Source of the DNA: Pseudomonadota bacterium
GTDB lineage: Bacteria > Pseudomonadota > Alphaproteobacteria > Rhodobacterales > Rhodobacteraceae
Assembly (NCBI GenBank): GCA_039815465.1
Contig: JBCBZG010000018.1
Location: 21,377-85,376, forward strand
Direction of reading: 5' to 3'
Length of the DNA: 64,000 bases
In this document: positions 41,804 to 51,070 of the stretch, piece after piece
Numbering within the stretch: the stretch's first letter is position 1
How the letters are laid out: the number at the start of each line of letters is the position of its first letter
Made by a program: the position numbers and the translations under genes
The notes under the pieces: generated by a model
The model's database searches: none
Seen by the model: the letters and a program-made list of their open reading frames with translations, nothing else
What the model was told of the DNA's origin: nothing

Positions 41804-42691
41804 TCACATTTTGGCCATACGGGCTTGGTGCAGGATATTTGCATAATTCGCGGCGAAAATGATCGCGGCGCCGAGGAAGACGAGGGGGTCGAGGGTCTCC
41901 CCGTAGACGGCCATACCGACGAGCGCGATGACGGGTAGGCGGGCGAAGTCGACGGGCATAACCACGCTGGCGGGCGCGAGTGTCAGCGCCTTTGTCAGGC
42001 AGAAATGGGCCACGAGCCCGGCGAGGCCGATGAGCACCAGCCAGGGCACGGAGGCCGCTGACGGCAGCGCGATGTCGCCGTCATAGCCCGCGCAGATCAC
42101 GCCGAAGACGGCCTGCATGACGGTCAGGTAAAAGAGGATGCAGGTGATCGTTTCGGTGCGCGTGAGCATCTTTGTAAAGATGGCAGACCCTGCAAAGCCC
42201 AGCGCGGCGGCGGCGGCGATGAGGATGCCGGGCTCTGGCGCGGAAAAGTCTGGGCGCGCGACGATCCAGACGCCAAAGAACCCCAGGGCCGCGAAAGCGA
42301 TTTTCACGAGCGTCAGCCGTTCGCCCAGAAAGATCGGCGCCAGGAGCAGCACCCAGATGGGGGACGTAAACTCCAACGCGAAAAGCTGGGCGAGGGGGAT
42401 GACGGTGAGCGCGTAGAACCAGCAATTCTGGCCAAAGAAATGCGCGAGGTTGCGCGCGGCATGCAGGCCCAGGCTGCGGGTTGTGACCTGGCCCAATGTG
42501 CCCGCCATGCGCGCCACGCTGACCACCACGACGATCCCGATAAAGCTGCGGTACATCATGATTTCGAACGTATCGAGCTCGAAACTCACAGCGCGGCCTG
42601 CGATGGCCATGGAGGTGAAGGCCACGATCGCGCCAATCATCCAGATCGCGCCTTGGACGGTGGGGCTAAAGCGGGGCGCGGCGGCGGTCAT
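41804..42691 (-). CDS. DMT-superfamily (EamA-like) transporter
   Basis: 295 aa with a ten-TM pattern. The ATG overlaps the upstream stop (ATGA). Confidence 0.88.
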   Translation of the reverse strand: MTAAAPRFSPTVQGAIWMIGAIVAFTSMAIAGRAVSFELDTFEIMMYRSFIGIVVVVSVARMAGTLGQVTTRSLGLHAARNLAHFFGQNCWFYALTVIPLAQLFALEFTSPIWVLLLAPIFLGERLTLVKIAFAALGFFGVWIVARPDFSAPEPGILIAAAAALGFAGSAIFTKMLTRTETITCILFYLTVMQAVFGVICAGYDGDIALPSAASVPWLVLIGLAGLVAHFCLTKALTLAPASVVMPVDFARLPVIALVGMAVYGETLDPLVFLGAAIIFAANYANILHQARMAKM

Positions 42692-43035
42692 GGGCGCACC
42701 GCACAGCAGCCGTGGAGCAGGATCGGGGATTGGCCGCGCTGGGTCAGGACCTGCGCCTCGTGCGTGCCGCCGGGGCAGGCACGATCATGGAGGATCACGA
42801 TGGCGGTGTCGCGGTCCCCGATGAGCGACAAGGCGCGGGGCCATTCGGCGCCCTCGGCGAAGGCGGTGTGGGGGATGTCCATGCGTGTGGCGGCGGGAAA
42901 AAAGAACTCCGCCTGCGTGTCCAAAAGCTCCAGCCGCCAGCCCGCATCCGCACCGAGACCGGTGCAGGTCGCCGTCACCTGTGCACTTACGGGCAGCGCG
43001 AGGAGCATCAACGCTCCGGTCAGGTGTGGCGACAT
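42688..43035 (-). CDS. small secreted Cys-containing protein, unknown function
   Basis: 115 aa with a signal peptide (LMLLALPVSAQV) and 5 Cys including a C-terminal CC. Coupled to the DMT gene. Confidence 0.6.
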   Translation of the reverse strand: MSPHLTGALMLLALPVSAQVTATCTGLGADAGWRLELLDTQAEFFFPAATRMDIPHTAFAEGAEWPRALSLIGDRDTAIVILHDRACPGGTHEAQVLTQRGQSPILLHGCCAVRP

Positions 43036-43053
43036 GGGGTGTCCTTTGGCCGG

Positions 43054-43725
43054 TTAGGTGCGCTGTTCGGGCGGCAAGAGGGAGGTCGTCACGACCTGGC
43101 GCAGACCCTGGGGCCGCTTTTCGAACACGATCATGGAATCGTAGAAGGCCATGGAATCCGTGGCGCGTGTGAAGTCTGAGATCGCCAGCCGCCCGCGGGT
43201 GTGGACCGCGTTCATCGCGTCGATCAGGCCCTTGGAGTATTCGATGAACGTCCCAGGCCGCCCGAGGCCCCCGCCATAGCGGCGCCAGTAGCAGGTGTGG
43301 GCGTCTTCGACCATGTACACGCCATCCTCGGCGATGCGGTAGTAAAGCATCTCGAAGCTCGCGATGAGGTGTTTCATCACGTGGCTACCATCGTCGAGCA
43401 CGATGTCGATGTCGGGGTATTTCTCAAAGATCTTTTCGATGACCTCTGGGTCGTCTTGGGAGCCGATAAAGACCTCGATCCCCTCGGCCTCGTGCGCTTT
43501 GCATTCGGGGTTGATGTCGAGCCCCACGATCTTGGCCTGATCACCGAAATACCATTTCCACATGGCCAACGATCCGCCGTCAAACACGCCGATTTCCAGC
43601 ATGGTAATGGGTTTGCCGCGGAAGCGTTCAAAGTGGCGCTCGTAGACGTCGAAATAGTGCACCCATTTCGACACGGGCTTGTTGAAGTTATTGAGAAAAT
43701 ACCTGTGAAGGTCTCCTGACGCCAT
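43054..43725 (-). CDS. class I SAM-dependent methyltransferase, CmcI (cephalosporin hydroxylase-like) family
   Basis: 223 aa. VSKWVHYFDVYERHFERFRGKPITMLEIGVFDGGSLAMWKWYFG...VGLDINP is typical of that family as I recall it. Confidence 0.75.
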   Translation of the reverse strand: MASGDLHRYFLNNFNKPVSKWVHYFDVYERHFERFRGKPITMLEIGVFDGGSLAMWKWYFGDQAKIVGLDINPECKAHEAEGIEVFIGSQDDPEVIEKIFEKYPDIDIVLDDGSHVMKHLIASFEMLYYRIAEDGVYMVEDAHTCYWRRYGGGLGRPGTFIEYSKGLIDAMNAVHTRGRLAISDFTRATDSMAFYDSMIVFEKRPQGLRQVVTTSLLPPEQRT

Positions 43726-43776
43726 GGGTCGTCCTTCCTGCTCTACGGCCCGGGCGCGTACGGATGCGCGGCGGGC

Positions 43777-45330
43777 TTATTCCCACTCGATCGTGCCGGG
43801 CGGTTTTGAGGTGATGTCGTATGTCACCCGATTGATACCACGCACTTCGTTAATGATCCGCGTGGCTGTTTCCCCGAGGAATTCATGGGTGAATGGGTAG
43901 TAATCCGCGGTCATGCCGTCAACGCTTGTGACGGCGCGCAGCGCGCAGGCGTAGTCGTAGGTGCGTCCGTCGCCCATGACGCCCACCGTGCGCACCGGCA
44001 GGATCGCCGCGTAGGCTTGCCAGATCTCGTCATAGAGCCCGTGTTTGCGGATTTGGTCGATATAGACGGCGTCCGCTTCGCGCAGGATGTCGAGCTTGGC
44101 GCGCGTGATCTCCCCCGGGCAGCGGATGGCGAGGCCTGGACCGGGGAAGGGGTGGCGCGCGATGAAATGGGCGGGCAGGCCTAACTCGCGGCCCAGCGCG
44201 CGCACCTCGTCCTTGAAGAGTTCGCGGAGCGGTTCGACCAGCGTGAGCCCCATCTTTTCGGGGAGCCCGCCCACGTTGTGGTGGCTTTTGATCGTCACCG
44301 ACGGGCCACCGCTGAAGCTGACGCTTTCGATGACGTCGGGGTAAAGCGTGCCCTGGGCCAGAAAACGGGCGCCGTCGATCTGGTCGGCGTATTTCTGGAA
44401 GACGTCGATAAAGAGCCGCCCGATGATTTTGCGCTTTGTCTCCGGGTCGGATTGGCCTTCGAGCTCGCCGAGGAACAGGTCCTGTTCCTCGGCGTGGATG
44501 ACTTGCAGGTTCATGTGATCGCGGAACATGCCCACGACCTCCTTTGCCTCATCCTTGCGCAGCAGCCCGTGGTCCACAAAGACGCAGGTCAGTTGGTCGC
44601 CCACGGCCTCATGGATCAGCGCCGCGGCGACAGAGGAATCCACGCCGCCAGACAGCGCGCAGATCACCTGGGCGTCGCCCACTTGGTCGCGGATCGCGGC
44701 AACAGCTTGCTCGCGGTAGGCACCCATGGTCCAGTCACCGCTAAAGCCTGCGAGGCGCACGAAGTTTTCGTAGAGCGTTGCGCCGCGCGGGGTGTGGTGC
44801 ACCTCCGGATGGAACTGCACAGCAAAAAAGCGGCGCGAGAGGTCGGCTGTGATCGCGTAGGGCGCGTTGGGGGAGGTTCCGTAGACCTCGAACCCCGGGG
44901 CGATGGCGCTGACATGGTCGCCATGGGACATCCAAACTTGTTCGTCGCCCTCGGTGAACCAGCCCTCTAGCAGGGGCAAGCCAGGGCCTGGCGCCACGTA
45001 GGCGCGCCCAAATTCGGCCGTGCCGTGCCCGCGCTCCACGCGCCCGCCGAGCATTTGCATCATCACTTGCTGCCCGTAGCAGATGCCCAGGATCGGCACG
45101 CCGAGATCGAACACGGCTGCAGGCGGGCGGGGGGAGCCGTCGTCGATGACCGATGCGGGTCCGCCGGAGAAAATCACCGCCTTGGGCGCAAAGTCCGCCA
45201 GGAACGCCTCCGTCACGTTTTGGAAGGGGTGGATTTCGCAGTAAACGCTGAGCTCCCGCAGGCGGCGCGCGATGAGCTGCGTGACCTGGGAGCCAAAATC
45301 GATGATCAGAAGCTTTTCGGTACTGTCCAT
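43777..45330 (-). CDS. guaA: GMP synthase (glutamine-hydrolysing)
   Basis: Trimmed to [23 protein letters not shown]... (517 aa). GATase domain, PP-loop ALSGGVDSS and C-terminus ...KPPGTIEWE. Confidence 0.96.
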   Translation of the reverse strand: MDSTEKLLIIDFGSQVTQLIARRLRELSVYCEIHPFQNVTEAFLADFAPKAVIFSGGPASVIDDGSPRPPAAVFDLGVPILGICYGQQVMMQMLGGRVERGHGTAEFGRAYVAPGPGLPLLEGWFTEGDEQVWMSHGDHVSAIAPGFEVYGTSPNAPYAITADLSRRFFAVQFHPEVHHTPRGATLYENFVRLAGFSGDWTMGAYREQAVAAIRDQVGDAQVICALSGGVDSSVAAALIHEAVGDQLTCVFVDHGLLRKDEAKEVVGMFRDHMNLQVIHAEEQDLFLGELEGQSDPETKRKIIGRLFIDVFQKYADQIDGARFLAQGTLYPDVIESVSFSGGPSVTIKSHHNVGGLPEKMGLTLVEPLRELFKDEVRALGRELGLPAHFIARHPFPGPGLAIRCPGEITRAKLDILREADAVYIDQIRKHGLYDEIWQAYAAILPVRTVGVMGDGRTYDYACALRAVTSVDGMTADYYPFTHEFLGETATRIINEVRGINRVTYDITSKPPGTIEWE

Positions 45331-45509
45331 GGGCTGCGCTTTAGGCTCAGTCACGCCGTTCTGCAATTGGCTTGATGTCAAATGCCGCCGGGCAGGTCGG
45401 TGTAGGGGCGCCAAATCCTTCGCCATGGGATGTAAGAGGTCGTTTTCTGGCGCAGCATTGCGGGGGGAAGTGCTTAGAACCGCCCCGAGGACAAAGGGGG
45501 AGCCTGACC

Positions 45510-47056
45510 ATGACTGACGCACCAGTACGTTCGCGCCGGGCCCGTGGCGGCGGTGGGGCTGCGCGCCGGGCGGCGCGCACAGGCATCAAGATCGAGGCGG
45601 CCAAGTTCATTGAGCGCAATATCCCAGTGACGGATTTGTTGAGCTCTGAAGCGTTGGATTTGATCGAGGACCGCGCCGAGCAGGTGTTGGAAGAGATCGG
45701 GGTGGCCTTTGTCGACAACCCGGAGGCGCTCGCACGCTGGAAAGACGCAGGCGCCGATGTCGATGGCGAACGCGTGCGGTTGCCCCGCGGGCTCGCCCGG
45801 ACGCTGTGTGCGACGGCGCCGGGCCGGTTCACCCAGCACGCGCGCAACGCGGAGCGTAACGTGGAGATCGGGGGAAACAGCCTAGTCTGTGCGCCGGTCT
45901 ACGGCCCGCCCTTTGTGCGCGACGCCACGGGCGGTCGCCGCTACGCGACGATGGCGGATTTCGAAAAATTCGTGAAGCTGGGGTACATGTCCAAGTGGCT
46001 GCACCATTCCGGCGGCACGGTCTGTGAGCCCACGGATGTGGCCGTCAACAAGCGTCACCTGGATATGTTGCGCGCCCATATGGTGTTGAGCGACAAGCCA
46101 TTCATGGGCTCCGTCACAGAGCCGTCGCGCGCCCAAGACAGTGTCGAGATGTGCGAGATCCTGTTTGGTAAGGACTTCGTGCAGCAGAACACGGTGATGA
46201 CCTCGCTTATCAACATCAACTCTCCCCTGACATTCGACAGCGTGATGATGGGCGCGTTGGAGGTTTACGCCAAGAACAATCAGGCTTGCATCGTGTCGCC
46301 CTTTATCGTCGGCGGCGCGATGGCGCCGGTGTCTGTGGCGGGTACGCTTGTGCAGGTTCTGGCAGAGGTGTTGGCGGGCATTGCCTATAGCCAGCTTGTG
46401 CGGCCTGGGGCGCCGGTGATCTTTGGGACCTTTGTGACATCAATCGATATGAACAGCGGCGCGCCGACCTTTGGCACGCCGGAAGCCTCCCAGATCCTCT
46501 ACGGCGCGGGGCAGCTTGCGCGGCGGATGGGGCTGCCGTTCCGGTCGGGCGGGGGGCTGTGTGGATCAAAGCTGCCTGATGCGCAGCGGGGTACGAGACG
46601 GCCCATACGCTCAACGCCGCGCTCATGGGCGGTGTGAATTTCATGCTGCATTCTTGCGGGTGGCTCGAAGGCGGGCTGGTGTCGTCGTTTGAGAAATTCG
46701 TGATGGATGCCGACCAGCTCGGTACCCTGCACAAGATGGCCGCGGGCGTGGCCCATGACGAAAATGCGCTCGCCATGGACGCGCTGCGCGAGGTAGGGCC
46801 GGGGGGGCACTATTTAGACGCCGCCCACACCCATGCCAATTACAAGGACGCGTTCTGGCGGTCCGAGGTGTTGGACTACAAACCGTTTGAGACCTGGGCC
46901 GATGAGGGCGCGCGGGACACCCAAGCGCTCGCTGCGGCCCGGGTGGAGCAGATGCTCGCCGCCTATCAGCAGCCGCAGCTTGATCCCGCGATCATGGGCG
47001 CCATCGACGCCTATGTGGCGGAGAAAAAGGCGTCGATGCCGGACGCCTTCGTTTAG
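45510..47056 (+). pseudogene. MttB-superfamily (trimethylamine/betaine-type) methyltransferase gene interrupted by a 1-nt frameshift
   Basis: ATG 45510 follows AAAGGGGGAG. Frame 1 is MttB-like up to ...GSKLPDAQ (46586). The sequence continues as AGYETAHTLNAALMGGVNFMLHSCGWLEGGL... in the -1 frame to 47056. Combined length is about 515 aa, as expected for the family. Confidence 0.8.
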
Positions 47057-47066
47057 GCTGCGTTTC

Positions 47067-47360
47067 CTACAGCGCTTGGGCGCGGTCTTGCAGCAGCCGG
47101 GCCTCGCCCATGAGCGCGATCAGCACCTCCACATGGCGCGCGACAGAGTACGATCCGCTGTGTTCGCGGCGCGCTGAGTCGTGCATCGCCTCAAGCTCCA
47201 TCAGCTTGAGCGCGGCTGGGCCCGGGGACGGGAGCGCGGCGTGGGGCAGGAGGCGCCCAAGCGCGCGGTTGCGGTCATATTGGGCCAGCCCGTGCCGTGC
47301 GGCAGAGATCAGCAAGCGGGGGCGGCGCAGTGTGGACAGCATTGTGTAGATATCTTGCAT
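47067..47360 (-). CDS. DUF6477-like small protein (rcc01866-type neighbour of gafA)
   Basis: Trimmed to MQDIYTMLSTLRRPRLLISAARHGLAQYDRNRALGRLL... (97 aa). The family assignment is from memory of the pattern and its synteny with the GafA-like gene. Confidence 0.55.
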   Translation of the reverse strand: MQDIYTMLSTLRRPRLLISAARHGLAQYDRNRALGRLLPHAALPSPGPAALKLMELEAMHDSARREHSGSYSVARHVEVLIALMGEARLLQDRAQAL

Positions 47361-47491
47361 GGGAGGATGCCTTTCTGGTACCTGAATACCGTGCCACAAC
47401 CCAAGCGTGTGTTGCGCATCCCCCAAAATAGCGAGCGGTTCCTTCAGAACTGTTTATAATTTAGCGACAATTGTTGCTTTATCAGCGATTG

Positions 47492-47506
47492 TTAACCTTC
47501 CGGTAA
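47492..47506. promoter_or_regulatory. CtrA-type box (TTAA-N7-GTAA; opposite strand TTAC-N7-TTAAC)
   Basis: ttaa ccttccg gtaa, ending 92 nt upstream of the gafA-like ATG. One mismatch from consensus. Confidence 0.4.
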
Positions 47507-47534
47507 TAAATGCACGCCAAGGTTGTGTCGCGCC

Positions 47535-47558
47535 TGGATAAGTCTGTGGATAAGTCTG
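47535..47558 (+). repeat. perfect 12-bp tandem direct repeat tggataagtctg x2
   Basis: Read directly from the sequence. It ends 40 nt upstream of the gafA-like ATG. Confidence 0.9.
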
Positions 47559-47597
47559 GGTATACGATGTGGACACAGGTGAGAGAGGTGCAGTCCC

Positions 47598-48752
47598 ATG
47601 CACGCCGCACCCCAAATTGGATCAGGCCAAGGATTGCCGGGCTGGCTGCCCAGACCGGTAAAACACTACCTCATTCATACCGAGGGGGGGCTGTCGATCC
47701 GCGCTGTGGCGCGATTGTCGGGCTGCAACCCATCGACCGTGTCCCGCCAGGTGCGCAAGTTAGAGCTGCGCCGGGACGATCCGCTGGTGGACGAAGGGCT
47801 ACGCCATATCGGCAGCGCTCATTTTCACAGGGCCGCGCGCCCCAAAGTCTCACAGGATCCTGCGATGAAATACACAGCCATCTCCGCCCCCGACGCGCCC
47901 GACATGCCTGAGACCGATGCCCCGAGCGAGGCAGAGATTGCCCGCCAGGGGGAGCGTATCCTGCGCAGGCTCTGCGAGGCGGGCGCGGTTCTGGCAGTGG
48001 CGCGCGACATGGATAAGGCCGTGATCGTGCGCGACGGGCCAGAGAACGCCGCCACAAAGACCGCCGTCGTCGATCGCCAGATCGCACAAGCGCTCGCGAT
48101 CAAGGACTGGATCGCGTGTGATAACCCCGAGGCCCGCATCGCGCGCTACCGGATCACGAGCGTGGGGCGCAGCGCGCTCAAGCGGCTGCTGGCGCAGGCC
48201 GAAAGCCGCGCGGCGGGGTTTAACGAGAGCCAAAGCGCCTTTGCCGGTCAGCACCAGGACTGGGCTGAACGCGCGGTGATGGATGACGGCGAGGCGCGCC
48301 CGCGCCGGGTGCGCTACAATCTGGGCGAAAGCCCCCTGACGGCGCTGGCGCGGCGCAAGGACAAAGCGGGGCAGCCCTTTCTCAGCGAGGAGCTTGTGGT
48401 GGCCGGTGAACGCCTCCGCGAGGACTTCGAGTTGGCACAGATGGGCCCGCGCGTGGCGCAGAACTGGGAACGGTTCCTGACAGGGGGGCAAAGCGGCGGG
48501 TTCACGAGCACCGATGGGCTCGGCGGGCCGGAGGCTGCGCGCACCCGCGTGCAGGATGCGCTGGCCGATTTGGGGCCGGGCCTGGGCGATGTGGTGTTGC
48601 GCTGCTGCTGTTTTTTGGAAGGGCTTGAGACCGCCGAAAAGCGGATGGGGTGGTCAGCGCGCTCTGGCAAGATAGTTCTTCGCATAGCTTTGAGCCATCT
48701 CAAGCAGCACTACGACGCCAGACACGGTCGGTTTGGTCCGATGATTGGATAG
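47598..48752 (+). CDS. gafA: GafA-like transcriptional activator (N-terminal HTH + DUF6456-type C-terminal domain)
   Basis: 384 aa. HTH is LSIRAVARLSGCNPSTVSRQVRKLE. The C-terminus NLGESPLTALARRKDKAGQPFLSEELVVAGERLREDFELAQMGPRV...LRCCCFLEGLETAEKRMGWSARSGKIVLRIAL matches my recollection of GafA/GafZ-type proteins. Needs a database check. Confidence 0.6.
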   Translation: MHAAPQIGSGQGLPGWLPRPVKHYLIHTEGGLSIRAVARLSGCNPSTVSRQVRKLELRRDDPLVDEGLRHIGSAHFHRAARPKVSQDPAMKYTAISAPDAPDMPETDAPSEAEIARQGERILRRLCEAGAVLAVARDMDKAVIVRDGPENAATKTAVVDRQIAQALAIKDWIACDNPEARIARYRITSVGRSALKRLLAQAESRAAGFNESQSAFAGQHQDWAERAVMDDGEARPRRVRYNLGESPLTALARRKDKAGQPFLSEELVVAGERLREDFELAQMGPRVAQNWERFLTGGQSGGFTSTDGLGGPEAARTRVQDALADLGPGLGDVVLRCCCFLEGLETAEKRMGWSARSGKIVLRIALSHLKQHYDARHGRFGPMIG

Positions 48753-48855
48753 GCTTCTCGTGGTGGTGTGGGTCCCCCAGGTCCCATGCCGCCGCGAAGA
48801 GGACGGCGCGCGGGAGCGCTCTCTTCCCGCGTGCCACTCCTGCTTTGTAACACGC

Positions 48856-49047
48856 TTATTCGGCGAGGCGGATTTCTGGCCCAGAGCGCAGGTTGACGCC
48901 GGGGCGTTCGAGTTCGAGGCCCAAGAGCCGCTCCCCCCCCACAATGACGGCCGCGCAGCCCACGACGGTGAGCACGATCAGAACCATCTTTTTAGACGGC
49001 GGGTTGCGCGCCATGCGGGCCGCGCGCACGAGCCACATGGGCCCCAT
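48856..49047 (-). CDS. possible 63-aa membrane-anchored peptide coupled to hpt
   Basis: The ATG shares one nt with the hpt TGA (TGATG). One TM helix (MVLIVLTVVGCAAVIVGG). No independent support. Confidence 0.35.
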   Translation of the reverse strand: MGPMWLVRAARMARNPPSKKMVLIVLTVVGCAAVIVGGERLLGLELERPGVNLRSGPEIRLAE

Positions 49048-49610
49048 CAGAGAAACCTCACCTTGCCGATATGGTCGAGATTGCGGTCGCGCTGCGCATA
49101 ATCGATGCCGTAGCCTACGACGAACTCGTCGGGGATCTCAAAGCCGGTGTAGTCGGCCTTGAACGGCACTTTGCGGCGCGACGGCTTGTCGAGAAGCGCG
49201 ATGGTGCGCAGTTTGGCGGGTTTGCGGCTGCTGAGGTGCGCCACGATCGCCTCCATCGTGTAGCCGGTGTCGACGATGTCTTCGACGACGAGCACATCGC
49301 GCCCCTCGATAGCGCCGCGCAGGTCCTTGAGGATGCGCACCTCGCCAGAACTTTCCATGCCCATGCCGTAGCTTGAGACCTCGATGAAATCGACTTCGAT
49401 GGGCAGCGCGAGCTCCCGCACGAGGTCGGCGATAAAGATAAACGAGCCGCGCAGGATGCCCACGACGACGACTTTGTCGGTGTCGGCAAAGGCGCCCTCG
49501 ATTTCGCGCGCGAGTGCTTCGATGCGGGCGGCGATGCTTTTGGCGCTGATCATCTTGTCGATGACATACGCGGGCGGGGTGGTTTCGGTGCTTGTTTCTG
49601 GCTCTGCCAT
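49047..49610 (-). CDS. hpt: hypoxanthine phosphoribosyltransferase
   Basis: 187 aa with the PRPP motif [14 protein letters not shown]. Confidence 0.93.
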   Translation of the reverse strand: MAEPETSTETTPPAYVIDKMISAKSIAARIEALAREIEGAFADTDKVVVVGILRGSFIFIADLVRELALPIEVDFIEVSSYGMGMESSGEVRILKDLRGAIEGRDVLVVEDIVDTGYTMEAIVAHLSSRKPAKLRTIALLDKPSRRKVPFKADYTGFEIPDEFVVGYGIDYAQRDRNLDHIGKVRFL

Positions 49611-49683
49611 GGACGTCCTCGGGATTGCCCTAGATCATGGCCCCCGTGTAAACGCATCCCGCGAGCGACGCAGCAGGAAAGAC

Positions 49684-50127
49684 ATGCCTACCCATTCGGA
49701 AACGCGACAGCTGCCTTATACGGCGGATCAGATGTATGCTTTGGTTGCTGATGTGGCCGATTACCCCAAGTTCATCCCCTGGTGTGCTGCGGCGCGGATC
49801 CGCTCGCGGGAGCCCTTTGGCGAGGGGGAGCTGATGCTGGCGGATTTGGTGATCTCTTTCAAAGTGTTTCGGGAGCGGTTTGGCAGCCGGGTGGAGCTGT
49901 TTCCCGGGGATCGTCAGATCAACACCGAATATATCGACGGGCCGTTCCGCTACATGAAATCAACCTGGTCGTTTGAAGACGCCGACGGCGGCTGTTCGGT
50001 GTCGTTCTTTGTGGATTTCGAGTTTAAGAACGCGGTGCTGCAGGGGCTGATCGGGATGGTGTTTAACGATGCGATGCAGCGGATCGTGCGCGCCTTTGAG
50101 CGGCGCGCGGCGGAGCTTTATGGTTGA
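49684..50127 (+). CDS. ratA: SRPBCC protein, RatA/COQ10 family
   Basis: Trimmed to MPTHSETRQLPYTADQMYALVADVADYPKFIPWC... (147 aa). Confidence 0.85.
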   Translation: MPTHSETRQLPYTADQMYALVADVADYPKFIPWCAAARIRSREPFGEGELMLADLVISFKVFRERFGSRVELFPGDRQINTEYIDGPFRYMKSTWSFEDADGGCSVSFFVDFEFKNAVLQGLIGMVFNDAMQRIVRAFERRAAELYG

Positions 50128-50582
50128 GCGGCGTCTAAGAGCAGCTTGAGCGCGTGGTCACGGGCGGCGGCGCGCACCTGGGCGCGGCCTAAGGCGCCGA
50201 ACTCAACCGTTTCCGTTGTCACGCCCTGCGCAGTGGCGAGGCCAAAGCACACGCGCCCTTCGGGTTTGTGATCGGACCCGCCGGGGCCCGCAATGCCGGT
50301 GATCGCAACGGAGAGGTCCGCGCCCGCGCGGCTGCGGGCACCCTGCGCCATCTGATGCGCGACGGCCTCTGACACGGCGCCGTGGGTTGCGAGCGTTGCG
50401 GTCGTAACGCCGAGGAGATCGGTTTTGGCGCTGTTGGAATAGGTGATGTAGCCGCGCTCAAAGACGGCGGAGGAGCCCGCGACATCGGTTATGGCGGCGG
50501 CCACAAGGCCCCCGGTGCAGCTTTCGGCCGTCGTTACAGTCAGGCCCTTGCGGGTCAGGAGCGTGACAAGGGCGGCGCTCAT
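50118..50582 (-). CDS. pncC: CinA-family nicotinamide-nucleotide amidohydrolase
   Basis: 154 aa with TAESCTGGLVAAAITDVAGSS and GIAGPGG motifs. Confidence 0.88.
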   Translation of the reverse strand: MSAALVTLLTRKGLTVTTAESCTGGLVAAAITDVAGSSAVFERGYITYSNSAKTDLLGVTTATLATHGAVSEAVAHQMAQGARSRAGADLSVAITGIAGPGGSDHKPEGRVCFGLATAQGVTTETVEFGALGRAQVRAAARDHALKLLLDAAQP

Positions 50583-51070
50583 AGCGCGCTGCCAAAGACG
50601 GCGAGCCCCGCGGCCACGACGATGGCGATCCAGGCCAGGGCGGCCAGCACCCCGGCAAGGATATCGTCCAACATCACCCCGAGCGCGTCATCGCGGCGAT
50701 CGGCCCAGCTCACTGGCCAGGGCTTCCAAATGTCAAAGAGCCGAAAAAGCCCAAAACCCAGCGCGAGCAGCGCCCCAAACACCGTGGGGGAGGCCGCGGG
50801 GATCATCACGGCCAGCGGCACCAGTGTCACCCATTGGCCTGCAACCTCGTCGATGACGATGCGGGACGGGTCGTGATCGTCTGGCCCTGCCTCCCGCTTT
50901 GTGGCCCAGACGCCCAGGGCAAAGGCCACGGCTGCGCCCAGCATCAACGCCGTCGGCCCGCCATAGGCAATGATCGGCCAGGCAAGGAGCGCACCCGCGA
51001 GCGAACCCCAGGTCCCCGGCGCCGGGCGCAGGTAGCCCACATAGAAAAAGGTTGCGATCAGCCGAGCCAT
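50579..51070 (-). CDS. pgpA: phosphatidylglycerophosphatase A
   Basis: 163 aa with [20 protein letters not shown] and DIWKPWP motifs. Confidence 0.9.
   Translation of the reverse strand: MARLIATFFYVGYLRPAPGTWGSLAGALLAWPIIAYGGPTALMLGAAVAFALGVWATKREAGPDDHDPSRIVIDEVAGQWVTLVPLAVMIPAASPTVFGALLALGFGLFRLFDIWKPWPVSWADRRDDALGVMLDDILAGVLAALAWIAIVVAAGLAVFGSAL

Noticed and set aside
45510-47056. Pyrrolysine (in-frame UAG) recoding in the MttB-family gene
   Set aside because: The interruption is a reading-frame shift, not an in-frame amber codon. Bacterial non-Pyl MttB homologues are common in this lineage.
48814-48836. Hairpin cgcggga-N8-tcccgcg after the gafA-like gene as a terminator
   Set aside because: No U-run follows it, so it cannot be called an intrinsic terminator with any confidence.
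49684-50127. RatA-family gene as a toxin-antitoxin system
   Set aside because: No antitoxin-like partner is adjacent. The family is an SRPBCC/COQ10-like lipid-binding fold, and the flanking genes (hpt, pncC) are housekeeping.
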